A DNA stretch of 64,000 bases from a bacterium (GTDB taxonomy: Bacteria; Bacillota; SLNR01; JBMNPB01). The notes below the pieces were generated by a model. That model worked only from the letters and a program-made list of their open reading frames with translations. It ran no database searches and was not told the origin of the DNA. Positions 36,198 to 46,363 of the stretch are shown piece by piece. The position numbers and the translations under genes are program-made. How positions within the stretch are numbered: the stretch's first letter is position 1; each line of letters begins with the position of its first letter. The stretch spans positions 102,278 to 166,277 of the forward strand of contig JBMNPB010000001.1 in the NCBI GenBank assembly GCA_050943375.1, given 5' to 3'.

Positions 36198-37028
36198 GTG
36201 AAAGACATCATAAGATTGGCAGTAATCCTGATGGTAATTTGCGCCGTTGCGGCGACGGCTTTGGCCGGGACGCACGGTTTTACGACAACTGTTATCTCGG
36301 AGCGACAGGCGGCGGAGCGGCGCGCTCTTCTGAGCGCGTTCATCCCTGACGCCGATACGTTTGAGGAGCCGGTCGAGGAAGACGGCTACACCTTCTACAT
36401 CGGCCGTAAAGCGGGTGAGCTGGCCGGGATAGCTGCCGCCTTTACCGAGCCTGGCTTCAAAGGCGGCATCCAAATGATGCTCGGGGTGGATACCCAAGGC
36501 AAAATCACTGCCCTGGAGATAATGAGTCAGAGTGAAACGCCGGGTCTCGGGGCACTGATTGCCGAGGATAACTTCAAGAGCCAATACGCCGGCAAGAAGC
36601 AGACGGATCCCATCGAACTCGGGGAAGATATCACTGCAATCAGTGGAGCGACCGTTTCTTCCCGGGCGGTGACGACCGGAGTGCGCAAAGCGGTGGACAA
36701 AATCGGCGCCAAATATCTTGGCATTGCCGAGCCGGCGGAAGAGCCGATCGTCCTGACTGAAATCGCGGACGGGACATATCGAGGTACCGGCAGAGGGTTG
36801 CTGGGCGATATTGTAGTCGATGTCACAGTGGAAGATCATGCCATCACGGACATCAAGATCGTCTCCGAGCAGGAAACACCGGAAATATCCGGACCGGCCA
36901 AAAAGAGTGTTCCGGCGCGAATCATCGGGCAGCAAACGGTTGAAGTCGACGTTGAGAGCGGGGCGACGTTCACCAGTAAAGGCATCATCGAAGCTGTGGA
37001 AAACGCCCTGCAGGAATTGAAGCAGTAA
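36198..37028 (+). CDS. rnfG: Rnf complex subunit G with two FMN_bind domains
   Basis: N-terminal TM helix. FMN_bind domain 1 (…ISGATVSSRAV…) plus an additional C-terminal FMN_bind domain (…VESGATFTSKGI…). 276 aa versus ~200 aa typical. Confidence 0.85.
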   Translation: MKDIIRLAVILMVICAVAATALAGTHGFTTTVISERQAAERRALLSAFIPDADTFEEPVEEDGYTFYIGRKAGELAGIAAAFTEPGFKGGIQMMLGVDTQGKITALEIMSQSETPGLGALIAEDNFKSQYAGKKQTDPIELGEDITAISGATVSSRAVTTGVRKAVDKIGAKYLGIAEPAEEPIVLTEIADGTYRGTGRGLLGDIVVDVTVEDHAITDIKIVSEQETPEISGPAKKSVPARIIGQQTVEVDVESGATFTSKGIIEAVENALQELKQ

Positions 37029-37044
37029 GCGTAAAGGAGGTAAA

Positions 37045-37659
37045 TTGATGAACTTGCGCCGGGTATTCATGAACGGTATCGTAACGGAAAACCCCATGTT
37101 CCGGCTACTGCTGGGCAATTGCCCGACTCTCGCCGTTTCCACGGCGGCCGTTAATGGGCTGGGAATGGGGGCGGGCGTTATCTTCGTGCTGGTCGGCTCG
37201 AACATGGTGGTGTCGCTGATTAGGAATTTCGTCCCTGACAAGATCAGGATTCCCAGCTATATCGTGGTGGTGGCGACGTTTGTCAGTATCACCGATATGG
37301 TGATGGCGGCATATGCCAAGGAATTGTACAGCGCGCTGGGAATCTTTATTCCTCTGATCGTTGTCAATTGTTTAATCTTTGCCAGAGCGGAGGCGTTTGC
37401 CTCTAAGAATCCGCCGCTGCCTTCGATGGTCGACGGCTTCGGCATGGGTGTCGGTTATCTGCTCTCCCTGACCGGGCTGGCGGCCATCCGGGAGATGGTT
37501 GGCGCCGGTACTCTGTTCGGCCGGCAGCTGTTTGGGGCTGGTTTCAGCCCGGCCAGAATGTTCGCGACCCCGCAGGGCGGCTTTATTACCCTGGCTCTGT
37601 TGATTGCATTTATCAACGTGCTGAGCCGAAAGAAATCCGCCAATGCGGTGCGGGGTTAA
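37045..37659 (+). CDS. rnfE: Rnf complex subunit E
   Basis: RnfE/NqrD-family membrane protein. RBS aaaggagg. Confidence 0.9.
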   Translation: MMNLRRVFMNGIVTENPMFRLLLGNCPTLAVSTAAVNGLGMGAGVIFVLVGSNMVVSLIRNFVPDKIRIPSYIVVVATFVSITDMVMAAYAKELYSALGIFIPLIVVNCLIFARAEAFASKNPPLPSMVDGFGMGVGYLLSLTGLAAIREMVGAGTLFGRQLFGAGFSPARMFATPQGGFITLALLIAFINVLSRKKSANAVRG

Positions 37660-37671
37660 GGGGGAGTATTG

Positions 37672-38247
37672 ATGGAAAGTTTGCTGTTTTTGCTGTTGAG
37701 CGCCGTTCTGGTCAATAACGTCGTCCTTATTCAGACCCTTGGTATCTGCCCTTTCGTCGGTGTATCGCGTAAATTGGAGACGGCGATGGGTATGGGACTG
37801 GCAGTTATTTTCACCATCACCATGGTATCAATTGTGGCCTGGTTTGTTGACCACGGCATTCTGATGCGTTACGAATTGGGCTATCTCAGGACCATCGCGT
37901 TCATCCTGGTCATCGCCGGGTTCGTGCAACTGGTGGAGATGATTATTCTCAAAGTCAGCCCGACTTTGTACAGCGCCTTGGGCATCTATCTGCCGCTGAT
38001 TACGACGAACTGCGCCGTGCTCGGTGTGGCATTGCTGAATGTTACCAAGAATCACGCCTTGATTGAAAGTACAGTCTACGGCTTCGGGATTTCCCTCGGT
38101 TTTACTCTGGCGTTGCTGGTGATGGCCGGTATTCGCGAGCGGCTGGAATTCTCAGCCATTCCGGAGCCGCTGCAGGGCTTTCCGATTGCCCTGATTAACG
38201 CCGGTTTACTGTCGATGGCTTTCCTGGGTTTCTCCGGGATGATGTAG
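37672..38247 (+). CDS. rnfA: Rnf complex subunit A
   Basis: RnfA/NqrE-family membrane protein. ATG 37672 after RBS aagggggag. Confidence 0.9.
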   Translation: MESLLFLLLSAVLVNNVVLIQTLGICPFVGVSRKLETAMGMGLAVIFTITMVSIVAWFVDHGILMRYELGYLRTIAFILVIAGFVQLVEMIILKVSPTLYSALGIYLPLITTNCAVLGVALLNVTKNHALIESTVYGFGISLGFTLALLVMAGIRERLEFSAIPEPLQGFPIALINAGLLSMAFLGFSGMM

Positions 38248-38262
38248 AGGGGGTGAAAACTG

Positions 38263-39081
38263 ATGCTGCATGCAATAGCCAGTCTGGGCGGGATTGGTCT
38301 CGTTATCGGGGCGATTCTGGCGTACGCGGCGAAAATCTTTGCCGTGGAAAGTGATCCGCGGCTCGAAGCGATAGTCGGGGTGTTGCCGGGAGCGAACTGC
38401 GGCGCCTGCGGCTATGCCGGCTGTGCGGCTCTGGCCGGGGCGATTGCCGCCGGGCAGGCGCCCGTTGACGCCTGTCCCGTCGGGCGGGCGCCGGTTGCTG
38501 AGAAAGTGGCCGAAATTATGGGCATTAATGCGGGAGGCCCGGCTGTGAAAAAGCAGGCGCAAGTGCTTTGCCAAGGCGGAAAAGATATCGCCAAGACAAA
38601 GTATGAATATGCCGGCATTGATGATTGCCAGGCGGCGGCTCAGGTCGCCGGTGGGCCGAAAAGCTGCGAATATGCCTGTATCGGTCTCGGTAGCTGCGCC
38701 GAAGCTTGTCCTTTCGGTGCCATCAGCGTGAGCGCGGATGGTCTTCCGGTGATTGACGGGGAAATCTGCACCGGCTGCGGTGTTTGTGTTAAGACATGCC
38801 CGAAGCAAGTGCTGGACTTGGTGCCGCAAAACAGCCGGGTTCAAGTCAGGTGTAATTCGAATGCCAAAGGTGCCGCCGTGCGGCCGGTCTGCCAGAAAGG
38901 CTGCATCGGCTGCGGGATTTGCGCTAAAAATTGTCCGGCCGAGGCGATAAGAGTCGAGGACAATCTGGCAAAAATCGACTATGACAAATGCACCGGCTGC
39001 GGAATATGCGCCGCCAAATGTCCGACTAAGGCGATTACGGCCGGCGGGGAAGAGGCGGAGTCAAAACGGGCGGCTGGATAG
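38263..39081 (+). CDS. rnfB: Rnf complex subunit B (polyferredoxin)
   Basis: N-terminal membrane anchor, CGACGYAGC motif and multiple CxxCxxCxxxCP ferredoxin motifs. Confidence 0.9.
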   Translation: MLHAIASLGGIGLVIGAILAYAAKIFAVESDPRLEAIVGVLPGANCGACGYAGCAALAGAIAAGQAPVDACPVGRAPVAEKVAEIMGINAGGPAVKKQAQVLCQGGKDIAKTKYEYAGIDDCQAAAQVAGGPKSCEYACIGLGSCAEACPFGAISVSADGLPVIDGEICTGCGVCVKTCPKQVLDLVPQNSRVQVRCNSNAKGAAVRPVCQKGCIGCGICAKNCPAEAIRVEDNLAKIDYDKCTGCGICAAKCPTKAITAGGEEAESKRAAG

Positions 39082-39092
39082 GGTTAACGGAA

Positions 39093-39122
39093 AGGCCGGA
39101 TAATAATCTGGCCTTTTTCTTT
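39093..39122 (+). terminator. rho-independent terminator after rnfB
   Basis: 8-bp stem aggccgga/tctggcct with loop taataa, followed by ttttcttt. Confidence 0.65.
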
Positions 39123-39257
39123 AGCAAAAAAAGGATAAAGATTATTTCCGGCTGATAACAGAGGATTTTCCGCATTTATGTTATAATTATGAGAGTATGG
39201 ACAAGCAGAGCCAAAAACAGGCGTGACAGGTATCCTGATCTCCAAAGGAGAAGAGAT

Positions 39258-40316
39258 ATGGACAGTCGACGTCGAAGAAAGGGGTATCTTGTTGGAGTAA
39301 TCCTGCTGGCGCTCCTGGCCGGCTGCCGGGGTCGGGATCATGGAGCGGACAAACCGCAGGCAGTGGCGCGGACCGGCTTCATGATGGATACCATCTTCGA
39401 GATTACTGCCTACGGTCCGGCCGGCGAAGCGCTTCAGGCCGCCACGGCCGCTCTGGATGAAGTGAGGCGGCTGGAGGATTTATTGAGTGCGCACATTGCA
39501 ATGAGTGATGTGGCCAGGATTAACGCGGCGGCCGGCCAAGATGCCGTTCCGGTAAGCCCGGAGACGATTTGGCTGCTTGAACAGTCCCTTGCTTTCTCGG
39601 CCCGGACGGAAGGTGCTTTCGATGTGACGGTCAAACCGCTTATCGATGTTTGGGGCATCGGCAAAAAAGAAGATTATATCCCGACCCCGGATGAGGTCGC
39701 AGCGGCGCTGGCATTAATCGGTTATCACCGGGTGGAAATCGACTCGGCGGCAAAAACTGTTTTTCTGCCGGAGGCGGGAATGGGAATCGATTTAGGAGCG
39801 GTAGCCAAGGGCTATGCCGTCGACCGGGCCGCCGCCGTCCTGCAGGAAAAGGGCGTCAGCGCCGGCATTGTCAACGGCGGCGGGAATATCCGGGTTCTCG
39901 GCCAAAAACCGGACGGGAGCGACTGGCGTATCGCGGTCAGGGACCCCCGCATTGAGGGCGGCACGGCCGTGGTACTCAGCCTCGCCGACAAGGCGATCGC
40001 GACGTCCGGCGACTATGAACGGTATTTTATCAAGGATAATCAGCGCTATCATCACCTTTTCGATCCGGCGACTGGAGAGCCGGCCGCCGGCGGCATTATC
40101 AGCGCTACGGTGGTGGCAGACAGCGCGATGGAAGCCGATATTCTGTCCACGGCCGTATTCGTGCTCGGCCCGGATGATGGATTGGCAGCAGTTGGACAGA
40201 TGGAGGCGGCTGATGCATTTATCATCCGCTCTGACGGCAGTACCGTTGAATCACCCGGGTTGGCTGATAAACTGCAAAGGGTTGAGAACAGTTCCAGCGG
40301 GAATAATAGCAATTAA
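39258..40316 (+). CDS. apbE: FAD:protein FMN transferase (ApbE/Ftp) lipoprotein
   Basis: Lipobox …LLALLAGC. ApbE-family motifs (…AFDVTVKPL…, …GVAKGYAVD…, …ATSGDYERYF…). ATG 39258 with RBS aaggag. The ORF-track start 39189 lacks an RBS. Confidence 0.85.
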   Translation: MDSRRRRKGYLVGVILLALLAGCRGRDHGADKPQAVARTGFMMDTIFEITAYGPAGEALQAATAALDEVRRLEDLLSAHIAMSDVARINAAAGQDAVPVSPETIWLLEQSLAFSARTEGAFDVTVKPLIDVWGIGKKEDYIPTPDEVAAALALIGYHRVEIDSAAKTVFLPEAGMGIDLGAVAKGYAVDRAAAVLQEKGVSAGIVNGGGNIRVLGQKPDGSDWRIAVRDPRIEGGTAVVLSLADKAIATSGDYERYFIKDNQRYHHLFDPATGEPAAGGIISATVVADSAMEADILSTAVFVLGPDDGLAAVGQMEAADAFIIRSDGSTVESPGLADKLQRVENSSSGNNSN

Positions 40317-40350
40317 TGGCATCTTAAGACAAGCCAAGGGGGTTGGAAAG

Positions 40351-40599
40351 ATGCGACATAATCAAAGTGTACTGACCTTGCTTCTTTTGCTGCTTTCCGG
40401 CGCTCTTATCGGCGGGGTGCTCGGGGAAGCGCTGAGCGTCTTTGCCCCAATTCTGACGAAAGGTTTTACGCTCGGGCTGAACCCGCCGGCGCAAATCGAT
40501 TTGTGGGTCTTGGGAATCGTTCTCGGTTTTACCTTGAAAATAAATTTGGCTGCGGCGGTGGGAATGCTGCTGGCGGCTCTGTTGTACCGCCGGTTATAA
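40351..40599 (+). CDS. small two-TM membrane protein (DUF4321-like) hidden in the 3' end of a long spurious ORF
   Basis: 82 aa: MRHNQSVLTLLLLLLSGALIGGVLGEAL… . Its stop overlaps the maf start (TAATG). RBS aagggggttgg. Confidence 0.55.
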   Translation: MRHNQSVLTLLLLLLSGALIGGVLGEALSVFAPILTKGFTLGLNPPAQIDLWVLGIVLGFTLKINLAAAVGMLLAALLYRRL

Positions 40600-41204
40600 T
40601 GGAAAGATACGGCCGAGAAATTATTTTGGCCTCAGCCTCACCCCGCCGGCGCGAATTGCTGGAGCAAATCGGGATTAGCGATTATCGGGTTGTCCCGAGC
40701 GAGGTGGAGGAAACCGTCGTCTGCGGCATGAGTCCGGCAGCGACGGCGATGCATCTAGCCCGGGCCAAGGCAAGAGCTGTGGCGGAGACCGCGCCCGCGG
40801 CGGTAGTGATTGCTGCCGACACACTTGTCGTCCTGGATGATGTTGTCCTCGGCAAGCCGGCCGACCGAAGAGAAGCGGCGGCGATGCTGACTGCCCTGAG
40901 TGGAAGGGAGCACGCTGTGATTACCGGGTTTACCATCCGGCAGGGCAGTCAGCGGGAAGTCTGTGACCATGTCCGGACGAAGGTGATTTTTCGTCCGCTT
41001 ACTTCGGCGGAGATCGTGGCTTATCTCGCCACGGGCGAAGCTGACGATAAGGCCGGGGCGTATGGAATACAAGGACGGGCAGCAGTTTTTGTGGAAAGGA
41101 TCGAGGGCTGTTATTTCAATGTGGTCGGACTGCCGGTGAGCGCTCTCGCCCGGGCGCTGGCCGGTTTCGGGGTTCGATTGTGGCCGGAGCCTAATGCGCT
41201 TTAA
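40599..41204 (+). CDS. maf: Maf-family nucleoside triphosphate pyrophosphatase (septum-formation protein)
   Basis: N-terminal ILASASPRRRELL motif. maf-radC-mreBCD order as in Bacillus. Confidence 0.9.
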   Translation: MERYGREIILASASPRRRELLEQIGISDYRVVPSEVEETVVCGMSPAATAMHLARAKARAVAETAPAAVVIAADTLVVLDDVVLGKPADRREAAAMLTALSGREHAVITGFTIRQGSQREVCDHVRTKVIFRPLTSAEIVAYLATGEADDKAGAYGIQGRAAVFVERIEGCYFNVVGLPVSALARALAGFGVRLWPEPNAL

Positions 41205-41217
41205 GGTGGGGATAATC

Positions 41218-41937
41218 TTGAGCAACATCGATTACCACCTGACCATCAAGGAGATGAATGAGGAGGATCGGCCGCGGGAACGACTCGCCAAATACGGCCC
41301 CGAGACGCTGTCCAACGTTGAATTGCTCGCGATTATTATTCGGACCGGCACCCGGGACGAAACGGCAGTCGACTTAGCCAATCAACTGCTCAGCGGCAAG
41401 GGTCTGTCTGCCCCGGGCGCCGGTGGCCTGACGGGTCTTGCCGCGGCCAAGACGGAAGATCTTTGCCAGATGCGGGGGATTGGTCCGGCCAAGGCGGTGC
41501 AAATTCAGGCGGCTCTGGAACTGGGACGCCGACTGTCCGGGGCGGCATCTGACCGTCGTTCGGCAGTCAGCACTCCGGCGCAGGCCAGTTCTCTGGTGAT
41601 GAACGAAATGCGCTTTCTGGACCGGGAGCATTTCCGAATTATCATTCTGAATACTAAAAACATGGTATTGGGGGTCGAATTGGTCTCGGTGGGGAGTCTG
41701 AATTCCACTGTCGTCCATCCCCGGGAAGTTTTCAAGACACCGCTCAAACGAAGTGCGGCCGCGGTTATTCTGGTTCATAATCATCCCAGCGGGGATCCGA
41801 CACCGAGTCAGGAAGATATCGATCTGACCTGCCGTCTCGTCGAAGCCGGGAAAGTTCTGGGGATTAATGTTCTCGATCACCTGATCATCGGTGATGGCAG
41901 TTATATCAGCCTGAAGGAGCGGGGATTGGTATTTTAA
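41218..41937 (+). CDS. radC: RadC-family JAB/MPN-domain protein (UPF0758)
   Basis: HhH region …RPRERL… plus JAMM motif HNHPSGDPTPS. TTG 41218 after RBS aaggtgggg. Confidence 0.85.
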   Translation: MSNIDYHLTIKEMNEEDRPRERLAKYGPETLSNVELLAIIIRTGTRDETAVDLANQLLSGKGLSAPGAGGLTGLAAAKTEDLCQMRGIGPAKAVQIQAALELGRRLSGAASDRRSAVSTPAQASSLVMNEMRFLDREHFRIIILNTKNMVLGVELVSVGSLNSTVVHPREVFKTPLKRSAAAVILVHNHPSGDPTPSQEDIDLTCRLVEAGKVLGINVLDHLIIGDGSYISLKERGLVF

Positions 41938-41976
41938 AGCCGCGCCTGAGTTTAAGACGATAAAGGAGGAAGACCC

Positions 41977-43011
41977 GTGAGTTTCTTTTTTAACCAATTG
42001 TCCCGTGACCTCGGGGTTGATCTGGGAACGGCCAACACATTAGTCTACGTCAAAGGGCGGGGGATTGTTCTGCAGGAACCCTCGGTAGTGGCGATTCAGC
42101 GCGATACCAAGGCTGTATTGGCTGTCGGCGAAGAAGCGAAAAAAATGATTGGAAGGACCCCGGGGAATATCGTCGCCATCCGGCCAATGAAAGACGGGGT
42201 TATTGCCGACTTCGACATCACTCAGGCCATGCTTAAGCATTTCATCGGCCGGACCATCAAAACCCGTTCCATTGTCAAACCGAGAGTTGTCGTCTGCGTT
42301 CCTTCCGGGGTGACGGAGGTGGAAAAACGTGCCGTCATTGACGCGACTCTGCAGGCCGGGGCCCGGGAGGCTTATCTGCTGGAAGAGCCGATGGCTGCTG
42401 CCATCGGGGCCGGTCTGCCGGTCGAGGAACCGACGGGAAGCATGATTGTCGATGTCGGCGGCGGGACGACCGAAGTGGCGATAATTTCTCTGGGGGGGAT
42501 TGTGACGAGCCGTTCCATCCGAATTGGCGGCGATGAAATGGATGAGGCGATCATCCAGAATATCAAGCGGACATATAATTTAATGATTGGGGAGAGGACG
42601 GCGGAGAACGTCAAAATTAATCTCGGAAATGCTCTGCCTAAGCAAGCCGTGGGCGAAATGGAAATCCGGGGCCGTGATCTGATGACCGGGCTGCCGAAGA
42701 CGATCACTGTAAAGTCAGAGGAAATTGCCAAAGCTCTCGCCGAGCCGATAGCAAATATCGTTGACGCAATCAAGGTTACACTGGAGAAAACACCGCCGGA
42801 ACTGGCGGCGGATATCATGGACAAGGGGATAATCATGGCCGGCGGCGGTTCACTTCTGTGCGGCCTGGATGATCTGATCAGCGAGGAAACGGGGATGCCG
42901 ATCTATCCGGCGGACGAACCGATACTTTGCGTTGTGCGCGGGGCCGGCCTTGTTCTGGATGGCCTGAATAAATGGCGCCGGGCCCTGACAGTTTCGAAAC
43001 GGCTCGGTTAG
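41977..43011 (+). CDS. mreB: rod-shape-determining protein MreB
   Basis: Actin-like ATPase motifs (DLGTANT…, …DVGGGTTE…). GTG start after RBS aaggagga. Confidence 0.95.
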   Translation: MSFFFNQLSRDLGVDLGTANTLVYVKGRGIVLQEPSVVAIQRDTKAVLAVGEEAKKMIGRTPGNIVAIRPMKDGVIADFDITQAMLKHFIGRTIKTRSIVKPRVVVCVPSGVTEVEKRAVIDATLQAGAREAYLLEEPMAAAIGAGLPVEEPTGSMIVDVGGGTTEVAIISLGGIVTSRSIRIGGDEMDEAIIQNIKRTYNLMIGERTAENVKINLGNALPKQAVGEMEIRGRDLMTGLPKTITVKSEEIAKALAEPIANIVDAIKVTLEKTPPELAADIMDKGIIMAGGGSLLCGLDDLISEETGMPIYPADEPILCVVRGAGLVLDGLNKWRRALTVSKRLG

Positions 43012-43026
43012 CAGCGGACAAAGGGC

Positions 43027-43869
43027 GTGGTTTTTTTGGGCCGACAGTTTTGGCAACGTAAATATTGGGCGGCTTTGCTGTTGCTTGTCGTTCTGCTTGG
43101 TGTCATCGGTGCCACTGCCGGTCGGCATTCTCTTTCCGGAGCAGCGGCGCTGGCGGCAAGGGTTTTTTCTTTTGCCCAAAAACCGGTGGAGACGGCCGGC
43201 AATACATTGCATGGCTTTGTTGTGTCGCTCGGGGAGATCCGCAACCTGCGGGTGGAAAACGAGGAACTTCGCCGGGAGTTGGCGGCTTTGACGGGTAAAT
43301 ACACCGATCTCGTGGAACGGGAAATTGAAAATCAGCGTCTGAGAGAGCTGTTGGATTTCAAAAAGGGTAATCCTTTCGATACTGTGACAGCCCAAGTTAT
43401 CGGACGTAGCACCAGTCATTGGTTCAGCACCGCGACTTTGAACCGGGGGACCGGCGACGGAGTACAGAAAGATATGGTGGTCGTGACCGGAAAAGGACTT
43501 GTGGGTAAAATCATCTCGACCACGGTCGATACCGCAGTGGTGCTTTTGTTTGTCGACCCGGACTGCGGGGTTGGCGCTTATATCCAGAGAACGCGGGATT
43601 ACGGCGTCGTACTCGGTCAGGTCGGGACGAGTGGTAGCGTCGATATGCGTCTCTTCGTCCAGGAATGCGGGGTATCGGTTGGTGATGTGGTGCTGACTTC
43701 CGGTCTGGGCGATGTCTTCCCGCCAGAACTGCCCGTCGGAGTAGTAACGGCTGTGGGGAAAGGGGAATACGGGCTGACCACTTACGCCAAGGTTGCTCCT
43801 TATGTTGATTTCGATCGCCTGGAAGATGTTCTGATTATTGTGGGGACGGAGGTGACGGCAATTGAGTAG
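43027..43869 (+). CDS. mreC: rod-shape-determining protein MreC
   Basis: N-terminal TM, coiled coil (…LRVENEELRRELAAL…) and beta-rich C-domain. Confidence 0.9.
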   Translation: MVFLGRQFWQRKYWAALLLLVVLLGVIGATAGRHSLSGAAALAARVFSFAQKPVETAGNTLHGFVVSLGEIRNLRVENEELRRELAALTGKYTDLVEREIENQRLRELLDFKKGNPFDTVTAQVIGRSTSHWFSTATLNRGTGDGVQKDMVVVTGKGLVGKIISTTVDTAVVLLFVDPDCGVGAYIQRTRDYGVVLGQVGTSGSVDMRLFVQECGVSVGDVVLTSGLGDVFPPELPVGVVTAVGKGEYGLTTYAKVAPYVDFDRLEDVLIIVGTEVTAIE

Positions 43870-44362
43870 CGCGGCAGCCGGTTTCTGGCTCTTTGTCAGC
43901 TTGCTTCTCCAGTCTACTGTGCTGCACCGTCTCGCCATTGCCGGCACTCGCCCTGATCTGCTTCTCGTGCTGACGATCATCACCGGATTACTGCAGGGAA
44001 CCCGCTATGGGGCGGCAGTCGGATTTATCGGCGGTCTGATGCAGGATATCCTGATCGGCCGCTTTCTCGGCATGAATGCCTTGGTTAAGATGATTATCGG
44101 TTATTTGGTCGGGATGACCGAAGAAAAGGTATTCAAGGAGAATTTCCTGACACCATTTGCGGCAGTTCTGCTCGGTACGTTGTTGAGTGAATTGCTACTC
44201 TGGTTCTTATTCCGTGTTTATGGACGCGCCATTCCGTTTTCAGACGCGTTGCTCCGGATTATTCTGCCCGGGATTGGCTACAATTGTCTCGTAGCCGTCT
44301 TGTGCATCGCCAGACTGAACCGGGTGAAATTAACGGCGCTGACCTATGACCGCAGCGCATAA
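43862..44362 (+). CDS. mreD: rod-shape-determining protein MreD
   Basis: 166-aa polytopic membrane protein directly after mreC. TTG start overlaps the mreC stop. Confidence 0.8.
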   Translation: MSSAAAGFWLFVSLLLQSTVLHRLAIAGTRPDLLLVLTIITGLLQGTRYGAAVGFIGGLMQDILIGRFLGMNALVKMIIGYLVGMTEEKVFKENFLTPFAAVLLGTLLSELLLWFLFRVYGRAIPFSDALLRIILPGIGYNCLVAVLCIARLNRVKLTALTYDRSA

Positions 44363-44382
44363 TCTTACGGCAGGAGGCTCCG

Positions 44383-46215
44383 GTGATGGTGGAAAAAACC
44401 GTCAACAAACGGATGAATGTTTATCAGACGGTGATTATGCTGTTGCTGGCCGTTCTGCTGGTCCGCCTCGGGCTGCTGCAGCTTTGGCTGGGGGAGACTT
44501 ATGCCGGTCTGGCCGAGGGGAACCGAATTCGGATTGTCCCAGTCGTTGCCGCCCGCGGGTCGATGTATGACCGGGACGGGGAAATTCTGGTAACGAGCCG
44601 CCCGGCCTATACGGTCTCCATCATGCTGATGGACCTGGAGAATACCGAGCAGGTGGTAGGCGAGCTAAGCGAATTGCTGCAAATCAATAAACAGACGATA
44701 ATGGATGAGATTGCCAAGCGTCAAAAGCAGCAGCGTCTCTATGAGCCGATTCGGCTGAAGGTCGACATCGACGAAGTGACGCATACCAGACTGGAAGAGC
44801 GGCGTTCCGATCTGCCGGGAGTTGTCATCGAGGTGGAGCCGGTCCGTAATTATCCGCTGGGGGAAGCGATCGCCCATGTGGTCGGCTATGTGGGTGCTTC
44901 CGAGACATCAAACCGGATTGAAGGCAAGAAAGGTCTGGAAAAACAATACGATACTTATCTGCAGGGGGAGGACGGTGGGAAGCAGGTGGAGGTCAACGCC
45001 CGGGGAACATGGGCCAAAGTCATCGGCCAACAGGATCCGGTTCCTGGCAGCAATCTCACCTTGACTATCGACGCTGACCTGCAGGCAGTGGCGGCCGAGG
45101 CTCTTGCCACCACGATGGAAAAAGTCCGGAACAACCCCGGCGAAGCTTTTCCGAATGCAAAGACGGGTGCCGTTGTCGCCATCGACCCGCGTACTGGTGA
45201 AGTTCTGGCAATGGTGAGTCTGCCTGCCTATGACCCGAACAAATTCGCCGTAGGACTCTCTCATGCGGAATGGAACGCCCTGAATGACCCGGTGCTGCGG
45301 CCGCTCATTAACCGGGCCGCGGCCGCGGCATATCCCCCCGGCTCGGTGTTCAAGCCGGTCACGGCAACGGCCGCACTGGAGGAAGGCGTCACTACACCGG
45401 CGGAAAAAATCTATGATACGGGAACGTTTCGGATTGCCGGCGCCAGATGTTGGGTCCGAAGCGGGCACGGCTGGGTGGATCTGAACCGGGCTATCGCCGT
45501 CTCGTGCAATTTTTATTTCTATGAAATGGGTACGCGCCTCGGGGTCGACAAAATTGCCGAGTACGCCCGGCAATTCGGCTTGGGTCGTCCGACCGGCATT
45601 GACCTGGACGACGACCGGGCCGGGACGCTGCCGACAGTGGAGTGGAAAGCCGACCGGTTCGATCAGCCTTGGTGGCCCGGTGAGACAATCTATGCCGCCA
45701 TCGGTCAGGGATATCACGCATATACGCCGCTGCAGCTGGCCAATTACGCTGCCACTCTGGCTAACGGCGGGATATTGTATCGGCCTTATCTCGTCAAATC
45801 AATCACAGATTCTGCCGGCGCCGTAGTCAAATCCTTCGGTCCGGAGATTGTCGGAAGGGTGGATGCCACACCGGAAACGCTGGCGCATGTCCAGCAGGGG
45901 ATGGTTACCGTAACTCAGCCGGGAGGTACTGCCTATTGGGCTTTCCATGGCCTGCCGTATCAGGTCGCCGCAAAGACGGGGACGGCTCAGAACAGCTCGG
46001 GCGATGACCACGGCGTCTTTATCGCTTACGCCCCCGCCGAAAATCCGCAGATTGCGGTGGCCGTGCTGGTGGAACAGGGCGGGCACGGCAGCACGACCGG
46101 CGGGCCGGTAGCCCGGGCGATTTTTGATGAGTATTTCGCCGCTCAACTGGATGAGGCGAACGCCGAAAAGCTGGATCTGGATAATCTGAACCTGCCGGTC
46201 GGTGGGGAAGAGTAA
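44383..46215 (+). CDS. mrdA: penicillin-binding protein 2 (elongasome transpeptidase)
   Basis: N-terminal TM and PBP dimerisation domain. Transpeptidase motifs SVFK, SCN (AVSCN) and KTG(T). Confidence 0.9.
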   Translation: MMVEKTVNKRMNVYQTVIMLLLAVLLVRLGLLQLWLGETYAGLAEGNRIRIVPVVAARGSMYDRDGEILVTSRPAYTVSIMLMDLENTEQVVGELSELLQINKQTIMDEIAKRQKQQRLYEPIRLKVDIDEVTHTRLEERRSDLPGVVIEVEPVRNYPLGEAIAHVVGYVGASETSNRIEGKKGLEKQYDTYLQGEDGGKQVEVNARGTWAKVIGQQDPVPGSNLTLTIDADLQAVAAEALATTMEKVRNNPGEAFPNAKTGAVVAIDPRTGEVLAMVSLPAYDPNKFAVGLSHAEWNALNDPVLRPLINRAAAAAYPPGSVFKPVTATAALEEGVTTPAEKIYDTGTFRIAGARCWVRSGHGWVDLNRAIAVSCNFYFYEMGTRLGVDKIAEYARQFGLGRPTGIDLDDDRAGTLPTVEWKADRFDQPWWPGETIYAAIGQGYHAYTPLQLANYAATLANGGILYRPYLVKSITDSAGAVVKSFGPEIVGRVDATPETLAHVQQGMVTVTQPGGTAYWAFHGLPYQVAAKTGTAQNSSGDDHGVFIAYAPAENPQIAVAVLVEQGGHGSTTGGPVARAIFDEYFAAQLDEANAEKLDLDNLNLPVGGEE

Positions 46216-46363
46216 ACCTAAACTTGTCTGATATTGTCCGTTTGGCCAGAATTACGGGGGATGAATTTTCCTCCGTAATTTATTGATTAAGCAGGATTTG
46301 CAAGCAGTTTGCCGAAATTTAACAGAGCATTTCATGCATTCGATACAGGAGGAAGTCGGACAG

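Noticed and set aside
39814-40599. 261-aa plus-strand ORF overlapping apbE
   Set aside because: Out of frame with, and overlapping, the well-supported apbE. Only its last 82 codons, with own RBS and a membrane protein, are retained as a gene.
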